From: Batkoa obscura
Taxonomy: Eukaryota
Reading direction: 5' to 3'
NCBI GenBank assembly: GCA_030770535.1
Contig: JASVEC010000010.1
Coordinates: 1,240,001 to 1,304,000, forward strand
DNA length: 64,000 nucleotides
Shown: positions 62,839-64,000 of the stretch, in pieces
Position numbering within the stretch: the stretch's first letter is position 1
Layout: every line of letters begins with the position of its first letter
Program-made: the position numbers and the translations under genes
Notes under the pieces: generated by a model
What the model saw: the letters and a program-made list of their open reading frames with translations, nothing else
The model's database searches: none
Told to the model about the DNA's origin: nothing

Positions 62839-64000
62839 TTATAAAGAGCGAATCAACATTGAGAGAATACTTTCCACTTCATCAGAAAAAGACCATCTAT
62901 TAGTTCTACTATTACTCATATAAGTTGTGTTAGACAGATCGTGACCATCCAAGTCATCTAAATAACCTTTAATTAGATAATTTAAAATTTGAAATCTATT
63001 ACCATTTTTCACAAAATGCTTAAGATATATTTTTTTAAAAGCTAAAAATATTGTTGGATCAAATATAAATGCTATGAAATTTAATGAGCCAGTCGTACAT
63101 AATAGCATTAATGAACATTCTACTAAATGGATGCTAGTTTCATTACGGATATTAGTTTTATCATTGAAGTCATAATAGATATGCGATATGATAAATCCCG
63201 AATGTGATATTAACATTATGAAGGGGTAGAGTAGTCTAAAATCATAAATATTAGGTTAGGGATTTAAACTGTACTTACAATCTATAGCCAAATTGTTTCA
63301 CATATCTAAGTGCGCTATTATAAGAACCAGAGTCGGCAACAAATAACATCTTTTTGGTTGTCAACACACCTTTACGCAATTTAAGTAAAACGAAACATAC
63401 AACTATTAATAGATAAACTATTGATATCATTAATGGCAGTTGAACAATGAAAAAATCAAGTTTTTTAGCAAAGTCAATATCATTTCCTGAGATATAACAC
63501 CTATCGTATTTCCCAAATCCGAAGTGTCCTAACGCTTAATAATATAAATAATTGTCAGTTGAACAATGTTTTTGTGTACCTAATAATGGAGCTGTAATTG
63601 TTAAGCCTATTACTATTGGAAGTATCCAATATAGAATTTCAATGTTTCTCGTTATATCGATTCTATGTAAAAAAGCAATTTGTAAATTAATCCCAATGAT
63701 AGCATTAATTAAGGTATAAACTAAAGGGAAAAAGGCTTGCTGCCATCCAAGGAAAGTACACATGATCCCAGCATCTTTAATTTCCCTACTCCAAAACGGC
63801 ATTGTATGAAGCCATATATCATAAAATGAGATAGCGATCTGTAAACGTAATGATACTCTATCCACAAGAGTCTTTTTATACAAGGCTTAAATAATTAGTA
63901 GCTAGTGACTATCATACTAATGGACTTACCTAAACTGGCCATAACAATTATGATAGATCCAGATAGACTAACAGAGATGAGTGAACTGATAGGATAGAAA
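62839..64000 (-). CDS. 7-TM receptor, Git3/cAMP-receptor-like GPCR, multi-exon, 5' end outside the window
   Basis: LVDRVSLRLQIAIS, CTFLGW, IAINL-like IGINLQ, LGHFGFG....CY, LLYP and GSLNFIAFIFDP. Confidence 0.78.

Overview
Very AT-rich eukaryotic DNA with many short (about 40-110 nt) GT-AG introns. The gene set (Sec14, APSES-ankyrin SBF/MBF factor, Rsa4, Dbp5, Erv25, Nse1, enolase, TKL-Sel1 kinase, class-A-like GPCR, trypsin) indicates a fungus, most plausibly an early-diverging one such as Zoopagomycota/Entomophthoromycotina (inference). The window holds about 25 protein genes, 4 intronless tRNAs (Lys-UUU, Pro-UGG, Glu-UUC, Ser-AGA), an SDR pseudogene, a probable GPCR relic, about 35 copies or fragments of a ~98-bp MITE (GGGG...CCCC ends, 4-bp target duplication) and four ~460-bp solo-LTR-like elements that all lie near MITE ends. 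Best leads: (1) an 81-aa secreted Kunitz/BPTI-like six-cysteine protein with a P1 Lys that the ORF track misses; (2) a triplicated secreted-protein locus where two divergent copies share a 356-bp apparently perfect inverted repeat limited to coding sequence (gene conversion or invertible segment), with conserved upstream motifs; (3) the MITE/solo-LTR association; (4) three CCAAT boxes phased at 31 bp plus an SCB site in the promoter of the SBF/MBF-like factor. All calls were read by eye; no searches were run.
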